Numbered from the stretch's first letter, positions 9,941 through 22,546 are shown. The stretch: 64,000 nt of DNA from Kofleriaceae bacterium (GCA_046597055.1 JBKJLC010000131.1:32252-96251); one strand, 5' to 3'. Made by a program: numbers and translations. Notes: generated by a model not told the origin, from the letters alone.

Positions 9941-11202
9941 ACCCGCCCCGCGTTCACCTCGGGATCCGGGAGAACCTCGGGCAGTTCTCGCTGCTCGTCG
10001 TCGTCAACGCCTTCGTCGGCGCGATGATCGGGCTCGAGCGCAGCATCTTGCCGGCGATCGCCGAGGCGGACTTCGGGCTGGCCGCGAAGAGCGCGATCCT
10101 TTCCTTCATCGTGGCGTTCGGGGTCACCAAGGCGCTGACCAACTACGTCGCCGGCCGCCTGTCGGATCGCATCGGCCGCAAGCCGGTGCTGATCGCCGGC
10201 TGGCTGGTCGCGGTGCCGGTACCGCTGCTCCTGATGTGGGCGCCGACCTGGGGTTGGGTGCTGGTCGCGAACGGGTTCCTCGGCGTCAGCCAGGGGCTCA
10301 CCTGGTCGACGACCGTGATCATGAAGATCGATCTCGCGGGCGCCAAGCGCCGCGGCCTGGCGATGGGGCTCAACGAGTTCGCCGGCTACTTCGCCGTGGC
10401 GGTGAGCGCGCTCGCGACCGGCTGGATCGCGGCCCGCTACGGCCTGCGACCGGAGCCGTTTTATCTCGGGGTCGGTTATGTGGCCCTGGGCCTGGGCCTG
10501 TCGGTGTTCCTGGTGCGCGAGACGATCGGCCACGTGAACCACGAATCGCGAGTCCACGGTGAGCTGCCGTCGGACGGAGCCCCCACCCAGCGCGAGGTGT
10601 TCTGGCGGACGACGCTCTTCGACCGGAACTTGTCGAGCGTCACCCAGGCCGGGCTCGTCAACAACCTGAACGACGGCATGGCGTGGGGCCTGTTCCCGCT
10701 GTTCTTCGCGGCCGCGAAGATGAGCCTCGACCAGATCGCGATCCTCGCGGCGATCTATCCGGCGACCTGGGGCCTGGCCCAGCTGGGGACCGGCGCGTGG
10801 TCCGATCACGTCGGGCGCAAGCGGCTGATCGTCGCCGGCATGTGGATCCAGGCAGTCGGCATCGTCGTGGTGGTGCTGGCGGGCGGCTTCCTCGGGTTCG
10901 CGGCCGGGGCCGCGCTGCTGGGGGTCGGCACGGCCTTTGTCTACCCGACGCTGCTCGCGGCGATCGGCGATGTCGCCCATCCGTCGTGGCGCGCGTCGTC
11001 GGTGGGCGTGTATCGCCTGTGGCGCGACCTCGGCTACGCGATCGGTGCCGTGCTGGCCGGCCTCGCCGCCGATGCGTTCGGGCTGTCGGCCGCGATGGGG
11101 ATCATCGCCGGCCTGACGTTCGTCTCGGGTGCGCTGGTGGCGCTTCGCATGACCGAGACGCTGCCGCGCGCCCCAGCAGGGCAAGCCGCCTTGCGCGCCT
11201 GA
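9937..11202 (+). CDS. MFS transporter
   Basis: GRLSDRIGRK motif A, 12-TM pattern, GVYRLWRDLGYAIGA. Confidence 0.92.
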   Translation: MNPPRVHLGIRENLGQFSLLVVVNAFVGAMIGLERSILPAIAEADFGLAAKSAILSFIVAFGVTKALTNYVAGRLSDRIGRKPVLIAGWLVAVPVPLLLMWAPTWGWVLVANGFLGVSQGLTWSTTVIMKIDLAGAKRRGLAMGLNEFAGYFAVAVSALATGWIAARYGLRPEPFYLGVGYVALGLGLSVFLVRETIGHVNHESRVHGELPSDGAPTQREVFWRTTLFDRNLSSVTQAGLVNNLNDGMAWGLFPLFFAAAKMSLDQIAILAAIYPATWGLAQLGTGAWSDHVGRKRLIVAGMWIQAVGIVVVVLAGGFLGFAAGAALLGVGTAFVYPTLLAAIGDVAHPSWRASSVGVYRLWRDLGYAIGAVLAGLAADAFGLSAAMGIIAGLTFVSGALVALRMTETLPRAPAGQAALRA

Positions 11203-11276
11203 ACCCTGCCATCGGTGTTCGCCATCGGGCAGTCGGAAGCTGGCTGGCAGGTCGTCCGGGGCGAACGGGAGAGACC

Positions 11277-11305
11277 TTGCTGCGGCGGCATCGGTCCGGT
11301 ACAAC
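11277..11305 (+). promoter_or_regulatory. sigma70-type promoter for a leaderless transcript
   Basis: TTGCTG-17 nt-TACAAC, then 6 nt to ATG 11312. Confidence 0.6.
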
Positions 11306-11311
11306 CGCATG

Positions 11312-11632
11312 ATGGTTCGGGCCTTTCTCGTCCTCGTGCTGACCGTCCTGGTCGGCTGCGGGTTCGTGGGCACGGGCCTCGACGGTGCCTGCACCGTCGA
11401 CGATTGCGAGGCCGAGCGCGGCGACGACGACCCGGGCGCGGGTGCGGGTCAGGGCGAGTCGGACGATTGCCCCCCGTTCTGCAGTGGTTGCGTGCGCTTG
11501 CCGGTGCACACCGTCCCGCGCGTCGCGATCCAGGACGTGCCGGTTCGCGTGGCACCGATCACGACCGTGAGCCTCGTGGTGACGCCCTCGGCTCCTCCTC
11601 GGAGCGGGTTGTTCCGACCGCCGCGCGCCTGA
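11312..11632 (+). CDS. Secreted Cys-rich leader protein with C-terminal RPP motif
   Basis: Hydrophobic N-terminus; C..DDC and DDCPPFCSGC; ends SGLFRPPRA; alternative start at 11309. Confidence 0.75.
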   Translation: MVRAFLVLVLTVLVGCGFVGTGLDGACTVDDCEAERGDDDPGAGAGQGESDDCPPFCSGCVRLPVHTVPRVAIQDVPVRVAPITTVSLVVTPSAPPRSGLFRPPRA

Positions 11633-11678
11633 GCGCGTCGCGAACCCATCGGATATCAATCGTCTCGAGGAGAAGACC

Positions 11679-12038
11679 ATGAAGCGTCTCATCGTCATCG
11701 CGTTTTCGGCCGTCATGTCACTCGCCGCCTGCGACAAGGGCGGCGGCCAAGCCACCAAGCATACCGAGGCCGCTGGCGCGGCTGGGAAACCCGCGCAACC
11801 TGCTGGCACGCCGGCTCAGCCCGCCCAGCACGCCGCGGCGGCGGTGAAGCCCGGCTCGCACGAGGACTGGTGCGGCGAGCACGCCGTGGCCGAGTCGCAG
11901 TGCACCCGCTGCAACGCGGAGCTCACGCCGGCGTTCAAGGCGACCGGCGACTGGTGCGAAGAGCACGGGTTGCCCGAGTCGCAGTGCCTCAAGTGCAACC
12001 CGGACCTCAAGATCGTCCGGCCGCCCAAGGCCGAGTAG
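11679..12038 (+). CDS. Lipoprotein with two WC-x-EH...ES-x-C-xx-C metal-binding repeats
   Basis: Lipobox LAAC; DWCGEHAVAESQCTRCN and DWCEEHGLPESQCLKCNP; SD GAGGAG. Confidence 0.85.
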   Translation: MKRLIVIAFSAVMSLAACDKGGGQATKHTEAAGAAGKPAQPAGTPAQPAQHAAAAVKPGSHEDWCGEHAVAESQCTRCNAELTPAFKATGDWCEEHGLPESQCLKCNPDLKIVRPPKAE

Positions 12039-12041
12039 CCG

Positions 12042-13388
12042 ATGCGCTCGAAACGTCTGGGCGCGGCCGCGATGATCATCGCGGTGCTGGGCACGCTCGC
12101 GTGCGGACCGGGCTCCCCCGCCGAGCAGCAGCCGGCCGCGCAAGCGGCGGCGGTCGAGGGTGCCATGTGCGCGGAGCACGGCGTGCTCGAGGCGATCTGC
12201 ACCAAGTGCAACCCGAAGTTGATCCCGGTGTTCCAGGCCAAGGGCGACTGGTGCCCGGAGCACGGCTTCCCGGAGTCGATCTGCCCCATCTGTCATCCCG
12301 AGCGTGGCGGCAAGCCGGCCGGCGACGTCGGCAGCGATGCTGCGCCCGCCGATGGGACCAAGGTCCGGCTGAAGTCGCCGGACACGGCGCGGGTCGCGGG
12401 CATCACCACCATGACCGCCGAGGCCTCGCGCGAGGGCGCGCGACTCGAGGTGGTGGCGACCCTCTCGTATGACGCGCGGAAGCGCGCCGAGGTCAACGCG
12501 CGTGCGGCCGGGGTCGTGCGCACGCTGCACGTGGATGTCGGCGAGGTCGTCAAGGCGGGCGCCCCGCTCGCCACGATCGACAGCGCGTCGGTCGGCACCG
12601 ATCGCTCGCGGCTGGCGGCGTCGTCGTCGCGGGTCCGGATCGCCGAGCAGAACCACGAGCGCGAAACGGCGCTCGAGCGCACGGGCGTGTCGTCGCAGCG
12701 CGAGGTGCTCGATGCGCTGCAGGAGCTCGAGGCGGCGCGGGCCGACCGGCTCGGCGCGGTCGCGGCCCTGGGCGCGGTCGGCGGCGGCGCCCACGGCAGC
12801 AGCTACGTGCTGCGAAGCCCGCTCACCGGCACCGTCACCGGGCGCCAGGCCACGATCGGTCACATGGTCGACCTCGAGGAGATCCTGTTCGAGATCGTCG
12901 ACGTCTCCAGCATGCGCGCCGAGCTCGAGATCCCGGAGTCCGAGCTCGGCCTGGTCCGGGTCGGACAGGCGGTGACCCTGGTCGTCGACGGCCTGGGCGA
13001 GCGCGAGCTGGCCGGACGGATCGACTACATCGCCCCCGAGATCGGCCGCGAGACCCGCACGGCGAAGGCGCGCGTGATCCTCGACAACCCCGACGGCGCC
13101 CTGCGCGCGAACATGTTCGCCCGCGCCCGGATCGCGCTCGGCGCAGCGCGGCCCAGCGTGATGATCTCGCGGGACGCGCTCCAGCGCGCCGGCGCGGTCC
13201 CGCTCGCGTTCGTCGAGCTCGCGGTCGGCGAGTACGAGACCCGCCGGGTCAAGGTCGGGCGCACCGACGGCGACCAGGTCGAGATCCTCACCGGCGTGAA
13301 GCCCGGGGAGCGGGTGGTCATCAAGGGAAGCTTCCTGCTCAAGACCGAGACGCTGAAGGGCAGCATCGGCGCCGGCTGCTGCGAGTGA
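12042..13388 (+). CDS. RND membrane fusion protein with N-terminal Cys/His repeats
   Basis: MCAEHGVLEAICTKCNP / DWCPEHGFPESICPICHP; LRSPLTGTV, ETRTAKAR, LRANMF; ends GAGCCE. Confidence 0.92.
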   Translation: MRSKRLGAAAMIIAVLGTLACGPGSPAEQQPAAQAAAVEGAMCAEHGVLEAICTKCNPKLIPVFQAKGDWCPEHGFPESICPICHPERGGKPAGDVGSDAAPADGTKVRLKSPDTARVAGITTMTAEASREGARLEVVATLSYDARKRAEVNARAAGVVRTLHVDVGEVVKAGAPLATIDSASVGTDRSRLAASSSRVRIAEQNHERETALERTGVSSQREVLDALQELEAARADRLGAVAALGAVGGGAHGSSYVLRSPLTGTVTGRQATIGHMVDLEEILFEIVDVSSMRAELEIPESELGLVRVGQAVTLVVDGLGERELAGRIDYIAPEIGRETRTAKARVILDNPDGALRANMFARARIALGAARPSVMISRDALQRAGAVPLAFVELAVGEYETRRVKVGRTDGDQVEILTGVKPGERVVIKGSFLLKTETLKGSIGAGCCE

Positions 13389-13395
13389 GCGCGTC

Positions 13396-16460
<3,065 letters not shown>

Positions 16461-16464
<4 letters not shown>

Positions 16465-17009
16465 GACGGCCGGTCCGGATCGCCGCGATCGCGCTCGCGG
16501 TGATCGCGCTCCAGGCCGTGGCCGTGGTCGGCTACCTCCGGATCGAGGGCGCGCGCCGGGTCGCGTCCGGGTTCGCGGTGACCCGGTTGCCCGGCACGCC
16601 GGCGCCGTCGCTCATCGTCCTGCGACCGGACGGCACCGAGCTCGACCTGGCGACCCCACGCCCCCGCGTGCGCCTGGTCCACTTCTGGGCGACCTGGTGC
16701 GGACCGTGCCGCACCGAGCTGCCCGCGCTGCTGGCGCGCGCCGCCGAGGTCGACGGGCTCGAGCTGCTCGCGGTGTCGGTCGACGACGACTGGGACGTCG
16801 TCCGCGGGTTCTTCCCGCGCGGCCTGCCCGCCGAGGTGGTGCGCCTGCGCGACCCCGGCGCGCACCGCCGCTACGGCACCCAGGCCCTGCCCGACTCGTA
16901 CGTCCTCACCCCCGATGGCCGCGTGGTCGAGCAGATCGCTGGCGCCCGTGACTGGTCCCGCCCTGACGCCCGCCAGTACCTCCGCGCGCTGGCGACCCGG
17001 TGGCCATGA
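16461..17009 (+). CDS. TlpA-family thiol:disulfide oxidoreductase
   Basis: N-terminal TM segment; HFWATWCGPCRTELP; LPDSY; GARDW. Confidence 0.9.
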
Positions 17010-17043
17010 CCCGCCGCACGCGCGTCGCCGCGAGGCGGCCCGC

Positions 17044-17424
17044 TCAACGATAGGGCGCGCCCGGCGGTCGGCCCGGCAGCCGCGAGATCCGCTCGCCGTC
17101 GACCGGGATCGTCCCCGGATCCTTCACGTACCACTCGATGAGGCCGCACCCGGCGCAGATGTACGCCTCGATGAGGCCGATCGGCTTCGGGGTCCAGTTG
17201 TCCGTCTGGGCGATCGCCATCGGCGCCGGGATGCCCAGGTGGCTGCGATCGAGCATCTTGTCGGCGCGCAGGATGACGTCGCCGTCACACGCGCGACACC
17301 GGCCCTGGGCTCGCATCGTCCGATCGCGGACGGCGTGGGCCTCGTCGAGCTGCGCGCGCAACGAGGCGAGCTCGGTCTCGAGCGCGGCCAGCCGCGCGAT
17401 CACGGGGTCGTCAGAGTTGGCCAT
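17044..17424 (-). CDS. Small coiled-coil plus zinc-ribbon protein
   Basis: CRAC...YICAGCGLIEWY; ends GAPYR; promoter TTGACG-17-TACCGC. Confidence 0.75.
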   Translation of the reverse strand: MANSDDPVIARLAALETELASLRAQLDEAHAVRDRTMRAQGRCRACDGDVILRADKMLDRSHLGIPAPMAIAQTDNWTPKPIGLIEAYICAGCGLIEWYVKDPGTIPVDGERISRLPGRPPGAPYR

Positions 17425-17476
17425 GGCATCGCGGTACCTCGGGCGCCCGAGGTCGTCAACCGTGGACCGTCGACGG

Positions 17477-20400
17477 TCAGAACCGACCGGACAGCACGAG
17501 GCCGCCGCCGCCGCGACCGACCACCGGGGTGACCTTCACGCCGTGGACCGCAGGGGCCTGGGCGCGTCGCTCCTGACGCTGGTTGTACGCCTCGGCGATG
17601 GCGCGCAGCTCGTCCTGGTCCGGGATGCCGCGCGGCATCACCGTGCTGCTGGCGGCGGCGAGGCCGCCGATCAGGACCAACCCGACGGCGCGCTGGCTCA
17701 CCCCGCTGTTGTGGGCCTCGCAGGCGGCCTCCTCGCGAGCCGGCAATGACTTGCAGTCGTCCTGCGTGTACGCGGCGACCGCGGCGCCCGCGATCGTCGC
17801 GATCCCACCGACCAGCATCCCGCGTCGCAGCCAGTGGTAGTTGCGCATCCGGTCCCGCACGTCGTCGCGTCCGCCGATGTGGAGGAACTCGCCGAGGGTG
17901 AGCTTCCGGTCGCCGAGGAAGAAGCCGTCTTCGCGGGGGCCGCGAATCGCGTCCTTGCTGCCCAGCGCCAGGCGCGGGCCCGGCTCGGCCGCCGCGGGCC
18001 CGGGGGTCGGCGCGGGCGGCGCGGTCGGCGCGGGCGGCGCGGTCGGCCGGTCGGTCGCGGGCGGCGACTCGGTCGCGGGCGCCGCGGCGCGGTGCGAGGC
18101 GAGCCGCTCGGGCTCGACCTGCAGGCTCGCGAACGCGCGGTCGAGCGTCGCGCGGCGCCCGCGCAACTGCACGACCATGCGGGCCTCGGCCAGATCGGCC
18201 GTGGCGACGCGGCCGAGCGCGGCCGGCGTCAGGGCCGCGACCTCGCGCGCCAGCTGGGCCGCGTACTCGCTCGACAGCTGACGTTCGGCCAGATCGGCGC
18301 GCTGCGCGGCGATCGCGCGGGCGCCGCCGGTCCGCGCCAGCACCTCGCCGAGGACCTTGCGGCGGGCCCGCACGAACGACGCGCGCTCGCCGGCCGCGCC
18401 GTCGCGCAGGCGTGCGATCCCGGAGAGCACGCGGCTGGCGGCGGCGCCGGCCTGCTGCTCGTCGACGTCACCGTGGACCACCAGCGCGTGACCGGCGGCG
18501 CCGCCGATGTAGGCGGCGTGGATCCCGTAGCTGGCGCCCATCCCCTCGCGCACGACGCGGACCTCGTCGCCGAGCATCTCGGCGAGCACCGCCCGCGCCG
18601 CGGCATCGCGCATCGGATCCGAGGCGGCCGCGAAGCCGATGGTCAGGCCGACCTGCACGCGGCCGGACTCCTCGAGGGCCAACCAGCTCGGACCGGCGGC
18701 CGGCCGGGTGGTCGGGATCGCCGGACGCGCTGCCGGCGCGCGCCCCGACCACGGCCCGAACAGCTCGTCGATCTCGCGCTTCATCTTCACCGGGTCGAAC
18801 CCACCGCTCACGATCAGCGTCGCGCTGCGCGCGCGATAGTGGGCGTCGCGCCACGCCTGCAGGTCGCGGGCCCGCAGGCGCAGGAACGCCGCCCCGGTGG
18901 CCGGCGGCGCCGCCACGTAGGGGTGGCCCTCGCCGAACAGCCGGCTGGCGAACGTGCGCGCCTCGGCCGACCCGTCGTCCTGGGCGTCGCGGCGCTGCTC
19001 GGCGCGGGTCAGGTCCCGGCCGACCCGGTGCAGCGCCTGGATGTGCACGTCGTTGTAGCGGCCCTGCTCGAGCAGCCACGACAGGTACCAGACGTGCCAG
19101 TCGGACCACTGGGCGACGCCGCCGACCGAGAAGGTGGTCGCGGTCTCCGACACGTCGACGTCGGTGGCGGTGCCGCGCGACATCGCGTACCCGAGCTTCC
19201 GGATCTCGGCGTCGTCGTAGTACCCCTCGATGTCGTTGTGGAGCATCACCGCGGCGGCGGTCGCCAGGTGCGGCCGGTCGCGCGGCTCGTCGGCGCGCCC
19301 GATCGGGAAGACCAGGCGGGCGTCGAGCACCGGGCTGGACGGGTCGGGCGCGAGCTCCACGGTCAGGCCGTTGGCGAGCTGGTATCGTTCGATGCGGCGG
19401 TCGAGCGGCTGCTCGCTCACGGCCAGCGACCGGTCGGCCTCGGCGGCATCGACCGGCGCCCGCCACGGCACCTGATCGTGCGAGCCGGCCGGGATCGCCT
19501 TGGCCGTCGTGCCGGTCCGCGCCGCGGCGCTCGGCATCAGCAGCGCGACGTGGCTGTTGGCGAGCGTGAACCGGGCGCGCACCGCCCGGCTGGCGTCCCG
19601 CCAGTCGTGGGCGTCGAGCGCGCGCATCTCCTGCAACATGAACGAGTTGTGATTCGCGTACTGCAAGAAGTCGGCGAGCCAGGCGCCGCGCGCGCCCTGC
19701 TCGTCCCAGGTCTGCAGGTAGCTCAGCTGTAGGTCGGGATCGGGTTTCAGCCGCAGCCGGGCGCAGCGCGCAAAGATCTTCTCGGCGGCGGCGTCGAGGT
19801 ACCCCGCGCTGGTGACCTCGACCGCGGCGACCAGCACCGGGTGACGCCCCCCACCGAGGACGAAGACGCTGGTGTCGGCGATCCACGCGTGCGCGTCGTC
19901 GGCGTCGGCCAGCGCGGCCGCGAGCGCCCGGCGCGCCAGCATGTAGGTGGCCGTGTCGTCGGCGTGGAGGCTCGGGAACGGCAGGAACACCATCGCGGTG
20001 GGGCGCTGGATCGGCGCGGCATGCCGGCTGATCGTCCCGTCGAGCTTGGGCATCGCGACCGCCGCGCGGCGACCGCTGCGGCGGGTGAGCGGGCCGAACG
20101 CGTTGCCGATGGTCTGGGCCAGCACGTCGGGGTCGAACGGTCCGGTGACGACCAGGATCGCGCGGTCAGGTGCGTAGTGCGTGTGTATGAAGGCGCAGGC
20201 ATCGGCCCGGGTCGCGGTCGCGACCTCGGCGGAGGCGATCTTGCGCGCATAGGGGTGGTCGGCGCCGCCGTAGACATCGGCGAGCACACCGAACAACGCG
20301 TCGGCGAGCGGCGACCGGCCCTCGGCCTCCTCGGCGAGCACCACGTCGCGCTCGCGCTGAAACGTCGCCTCGTCGAGCTGGGCGCACGAGGCGCGCATGC

Positions 20401-20845
20401 GCTGCGCTTCGAGGGCGATGACCTCGTCGAGGCGCTCGATCGGCACCGTCGCGGTGAAGTGCGTCGAATCCCACGTCGTCGAGGCGTTCGAGTGGAGCGT
20501 GCGCTCGCCGAGCTCGGCGCCGAGCGTCGGACCGCCGGGGCGGGCCCGCACCTCGAACAGCAGGTGCTCCACCAGGTGCGCGAGGCCGGCCTTGCCGGCG
20601 GGGTCCTCGGCCGCCCCGACCAGGTAGCGCATGTCGACGGTGGCGAGGTTGGTGCGATCGTCGCGGAGCAGCGCGACCCGCATGCCGCTCTTGACCCTGA
20701 ACAGCTGGATGTCGTGCTTGAAGCTGAACGGGCGCGCGTCGCGGACCAGGCTCCCGTAGCGCGGGGCCGCCGCCCACCGCGCGCAGGACGCGGTCGAGAC
20801 CACGAGGACGAGGGCGAGCAGCAGGCGGACGGTCGTGCCGGACAT
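17477..20845 (-). CDS. M16 (insulinase-family) zinc peptidase with C-terminal extension
   Basis: VGAAEDPAGKAGLAHLVEHLLF (HXXEH); second M16 module LANGLTV; signal peptide. Confidence 0.9.
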   Translation of the reverse strand: MSGTTVRLLLALVLVVSTASCARWAAAPRYGSLVRDARPFSFKHDIQLFRVKSGMRVALLRDDRTNLATVDMRYLVGAAEDPAGKAGLAHLVEHLLFEVRARPGGPTLGAELGERTLHSNASTTWDSTHFTATVPIERLDEVIALEAQRMRASCAQLDEATFQRERDVVLAEEAEGRSPLADALFGVLADVYGGADHPYARKIASAEVATATRADACAFIHTHYAPDRAILVVTGPFDPDVLAQTIGNAFGPLTRRSGRRAAVAMPKLDGTISRHAAPIQRPTAMVFLPFPSLHADDTATYMLARRALAAALADADDAHAWIADTSVFVLGGGRHPVLVAAVEVTSAGYLDAAAEKIFARCARLRLKPDPDLQLSYLQTWDEQGARGAWLADFLQYANHNSFMLQEMRALDAHDWRDASRAVRARFTLANSHVALLMPSAAARTGTTAKAIPAGSHDQVPWRAPVDAAEADRSLAVSEQPLDRRIERYQLANGLTVELAPDPSSPVLDARLVFPIGRADEPRDRPHLATAAAVMLHNDIEGYYDDAEIRKLGYAMSRGTATDVDVSETATTFSVGGVAQWSDWHVWYLSWLLEQGRYNDVHIQALHRVGRDLTRAEQRRDAQDDGSAEARTFASRLFGEGHPYVAAPPATGAAFLRLRARDLQAWRDAHYRARSATLIVSGGFDPVKMKREIDELFGPWSGRAPAARPAIPTTRPAAGPSWLALEESGRVQVGLTIGFAAASDPMRDAAARAVLAEMLGDEVRVVREGMGASYGIHAAYIGGAAGHALVVHGDVDEQQAGAAASRVLSGIARLRDGAAGERASFVRARRKVLGEVLARTGGARAIAAQRADLAERQLSSEYAAQLAREVAALTPAALGRVATADLAEARMVVQLRGRRATLDRAFASLQVEPERLASHRAAAPATESPPATDRPTAPPAPTAPPAPTPGPAAAEPGPRLALGSKDAIRGPREDGFFLGDRKLTLGEFLHIGGRDDVRDRMRNYHWLRRGMLVGGIATIAGAAVAAYTQDDCKSLPAREEAACEAHNSGVSQRAVGLVLIGGLAAASSTVMPRGIPDQDELRAIAEAYNQRQERRAQAPAVHGVKVTPVVGRGGGGLVLSGRF

Positions 20846-20965
20846 GACCGCGTATACCGAGTGATCGGGACCGGTCGACAGTTGCGACAGGCGGCAACCG
20901 ACGGCAGTCGACGGCACTCGCAGGGCTCGTGGCCGTTGCCGATCGATCGTCGGCGCGAGGCGGCG

Positions 20966-22546
20966 CTACGGCGCAGGGGCGGTTGCCGGCGCGGGTGCCG
21001 CGGGCGTCCCCGCGGCTCCGTCGGGCGACGCGGCGGCGGCCTCGGCGGCCAGCCGCGCCTCCTTGAGGCGCTTCTCTCGCTTCCGGATCGTCACACGCTC
21101 CTTGGCCTCCTTCACATAGTCGAAGACCGGCGGATCGGGAGTCTTGGCGTCGTACACGCGCACGACCATCGATCCCTCCACCGGCACCTCGACCTCGCTC
21201 CACCCGGCCGGCATGACGGGCTCGGTCCATTGGTATACCCATTTCGCGTCGAGCGCCGACAGGTTCACGCAGCCGTGGCTGTTCACGTGGCCGAAGCGGT
21301 CGTGCCAGTACGCCGCGTGGAAATAGAGGCCCGATCGGAAGCGCGTCGCCCACGGGACCTCGGACACCTCGTAGTGGGAGGTCTCGCGCTCCTCGGCAGA
21401 CATCCTGGTGAGCGCCGACTTGGAACGGATCCGGTAGATCGCGGGCGGCGTGTCCTTCTTGCGCCGGCCCGACGAGAAGAGCGTCACGAAGACCGGCGTG
21501 TCGCCGTCGTACGCAATCATCACCTGTTCGTCGCGATCGAGGTCGATCCACTTGGCGTGCGCGCCGGCGACGGCGGGCCGCGGCCGGACGCGGGCGACGC
21601 GGAGGCTCTTGCGATCGATCCACTGGCCGTCCGCGACGCGGACGAACCCACCGACCTCCTCGAGCACCGGCACGGTCGCGCGGTGCTCGAACCTCCCGGC
21701 CTCCGGCGCCTTCTTGTCGGCCGCCCCGCGCGCGGTCACCGTCTTGCGATCGGCCGCGTACACCCACGCGAACGGCCATGCCGGCGGTGGCGTCGCGACG
21801 ACGTCGATGCCGGTGAACGTCGACGGACGGAACTTCGTCAGGTCGGTCGACGCCACCAGCCCGACGCTGGTCTTCACGTAGTCGACGCCGTCGATGTCGA
21901 CCGTGTTCTTGTCGTCCTTCGTGACCATGTAGGTCGACTGGGTCTTGGGCTCGGGCAGCGTGGTTCCGGCGCGCACGGCGTCTTCGGTCGCGTAGCGCGG
22001 GGCAGCCTTGTCGATGCTGTAGTAGTCCTGCGGGACGAGCCGCCCGGCGGGGACGATCGGCAGGCCGGCGGCCAGCGGCGGCTTGGGGCTCGGCCTGGCG
22101 TGACGCGCGCACAGCCAGCCGCGCGGCGCGGCAGCGAGCCAGACCTTGCACCGCTTGTCGCCGTCGACCGCCACGCCCACCGGCAGCCTGGTCCCCTCGA
22201 CGATCTTGCCCAGCGGCTCCGACGTCAGATCCGGTTCCGCGTGCGAATGGGCGTCGCGGCGCAGGACGAGCGAGGCCGTCGTCGTCGGCCATTCGAGCTT
22301 CTCCAGCGTCGCGGCATCCGGTGGGGGCGGCACCAGTTCGGGGGCGGCTGCTGGGGGGCCGGCGGACGCGGCCGGGGGGGGCGCGACGGGCGCGGCGGGC
22401 GCCGCATCGGTGGGCGGCTTCGGCGTCGCGACCTGCGGTTGGGTGACCACGTCGACGTCGAGGTCGGGACCGGCGGGTCCGCGCTCCCGGCCACCGCCAC
22501 CACATGCCAGGAGCGCCAGTACCAGGCACGATCCCAGGCGAGTCAT
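20966..22546 (-). CDS. L,D-transpeptidase-family lipoprotein
   Basis: Lipobox LLAC; HAAYWHDRFGHVNSHGCVNLS (YkuD-type SHGC). Confidence 0.92.
   Translation of the reverse strand: MTRLGSCLVLALLACGGGGRERGPAGPDLDVDVVTQPQVATPKPPTDAAPAAPVAPPPAASAGPPAAAPELVPPPPDAATLEKLEWPTTTASLVLRRDAHSHAEPDLTSEPLGKIVEGTRLPVGVAVDGDKRCKVWLAAAPRGWLCARHARPSPKPPLAAGLPIVPAGRLVPQDYYSIDKAAPRYATEDAVRAGTTLPEPKTQSTYMVTKDDKNTVDIDGVDYVKTSVGLVASTDLTKFRPSTFTGIDVVATPPPAWPFAWVYAADRKTVTARGAADKKAPEAGRFEHRATVPVLEEVGGFVRVADGQWIDRKSLRVARVRPRPAVAGAHAKWIDLDRDEQVMIAYDGDTPVFVTLFSSGRRKKDTPPAIYRIRSKSALTRMSAEERETSHYEVSEVPWATRFRSGLYFHAAYWHDRFGHVNSHGCVNLSALDAKWVYQWTEPVMPAGWSEVEVPVEGSMVVRVYDAKTPDPPVFDYVKEAKERVTIRKREKRLKEARLAAEAAAASPDGAAGTPAAPAPATAPAP

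Noticed and set aside
12280..12298. CxxCH (CPICH) in the MFP, suggesting a heme c site next to a CcmG-like TlpA
   Set aside because: The three sibling repeats have CxxCN, so the His is not conserved; a metal site is more parsimonious.
20874..20920. Short CGAC(A/G)G direct repeats upstream of the M16 gene
   Set aside because: Too short and GC-rich to separate from background.
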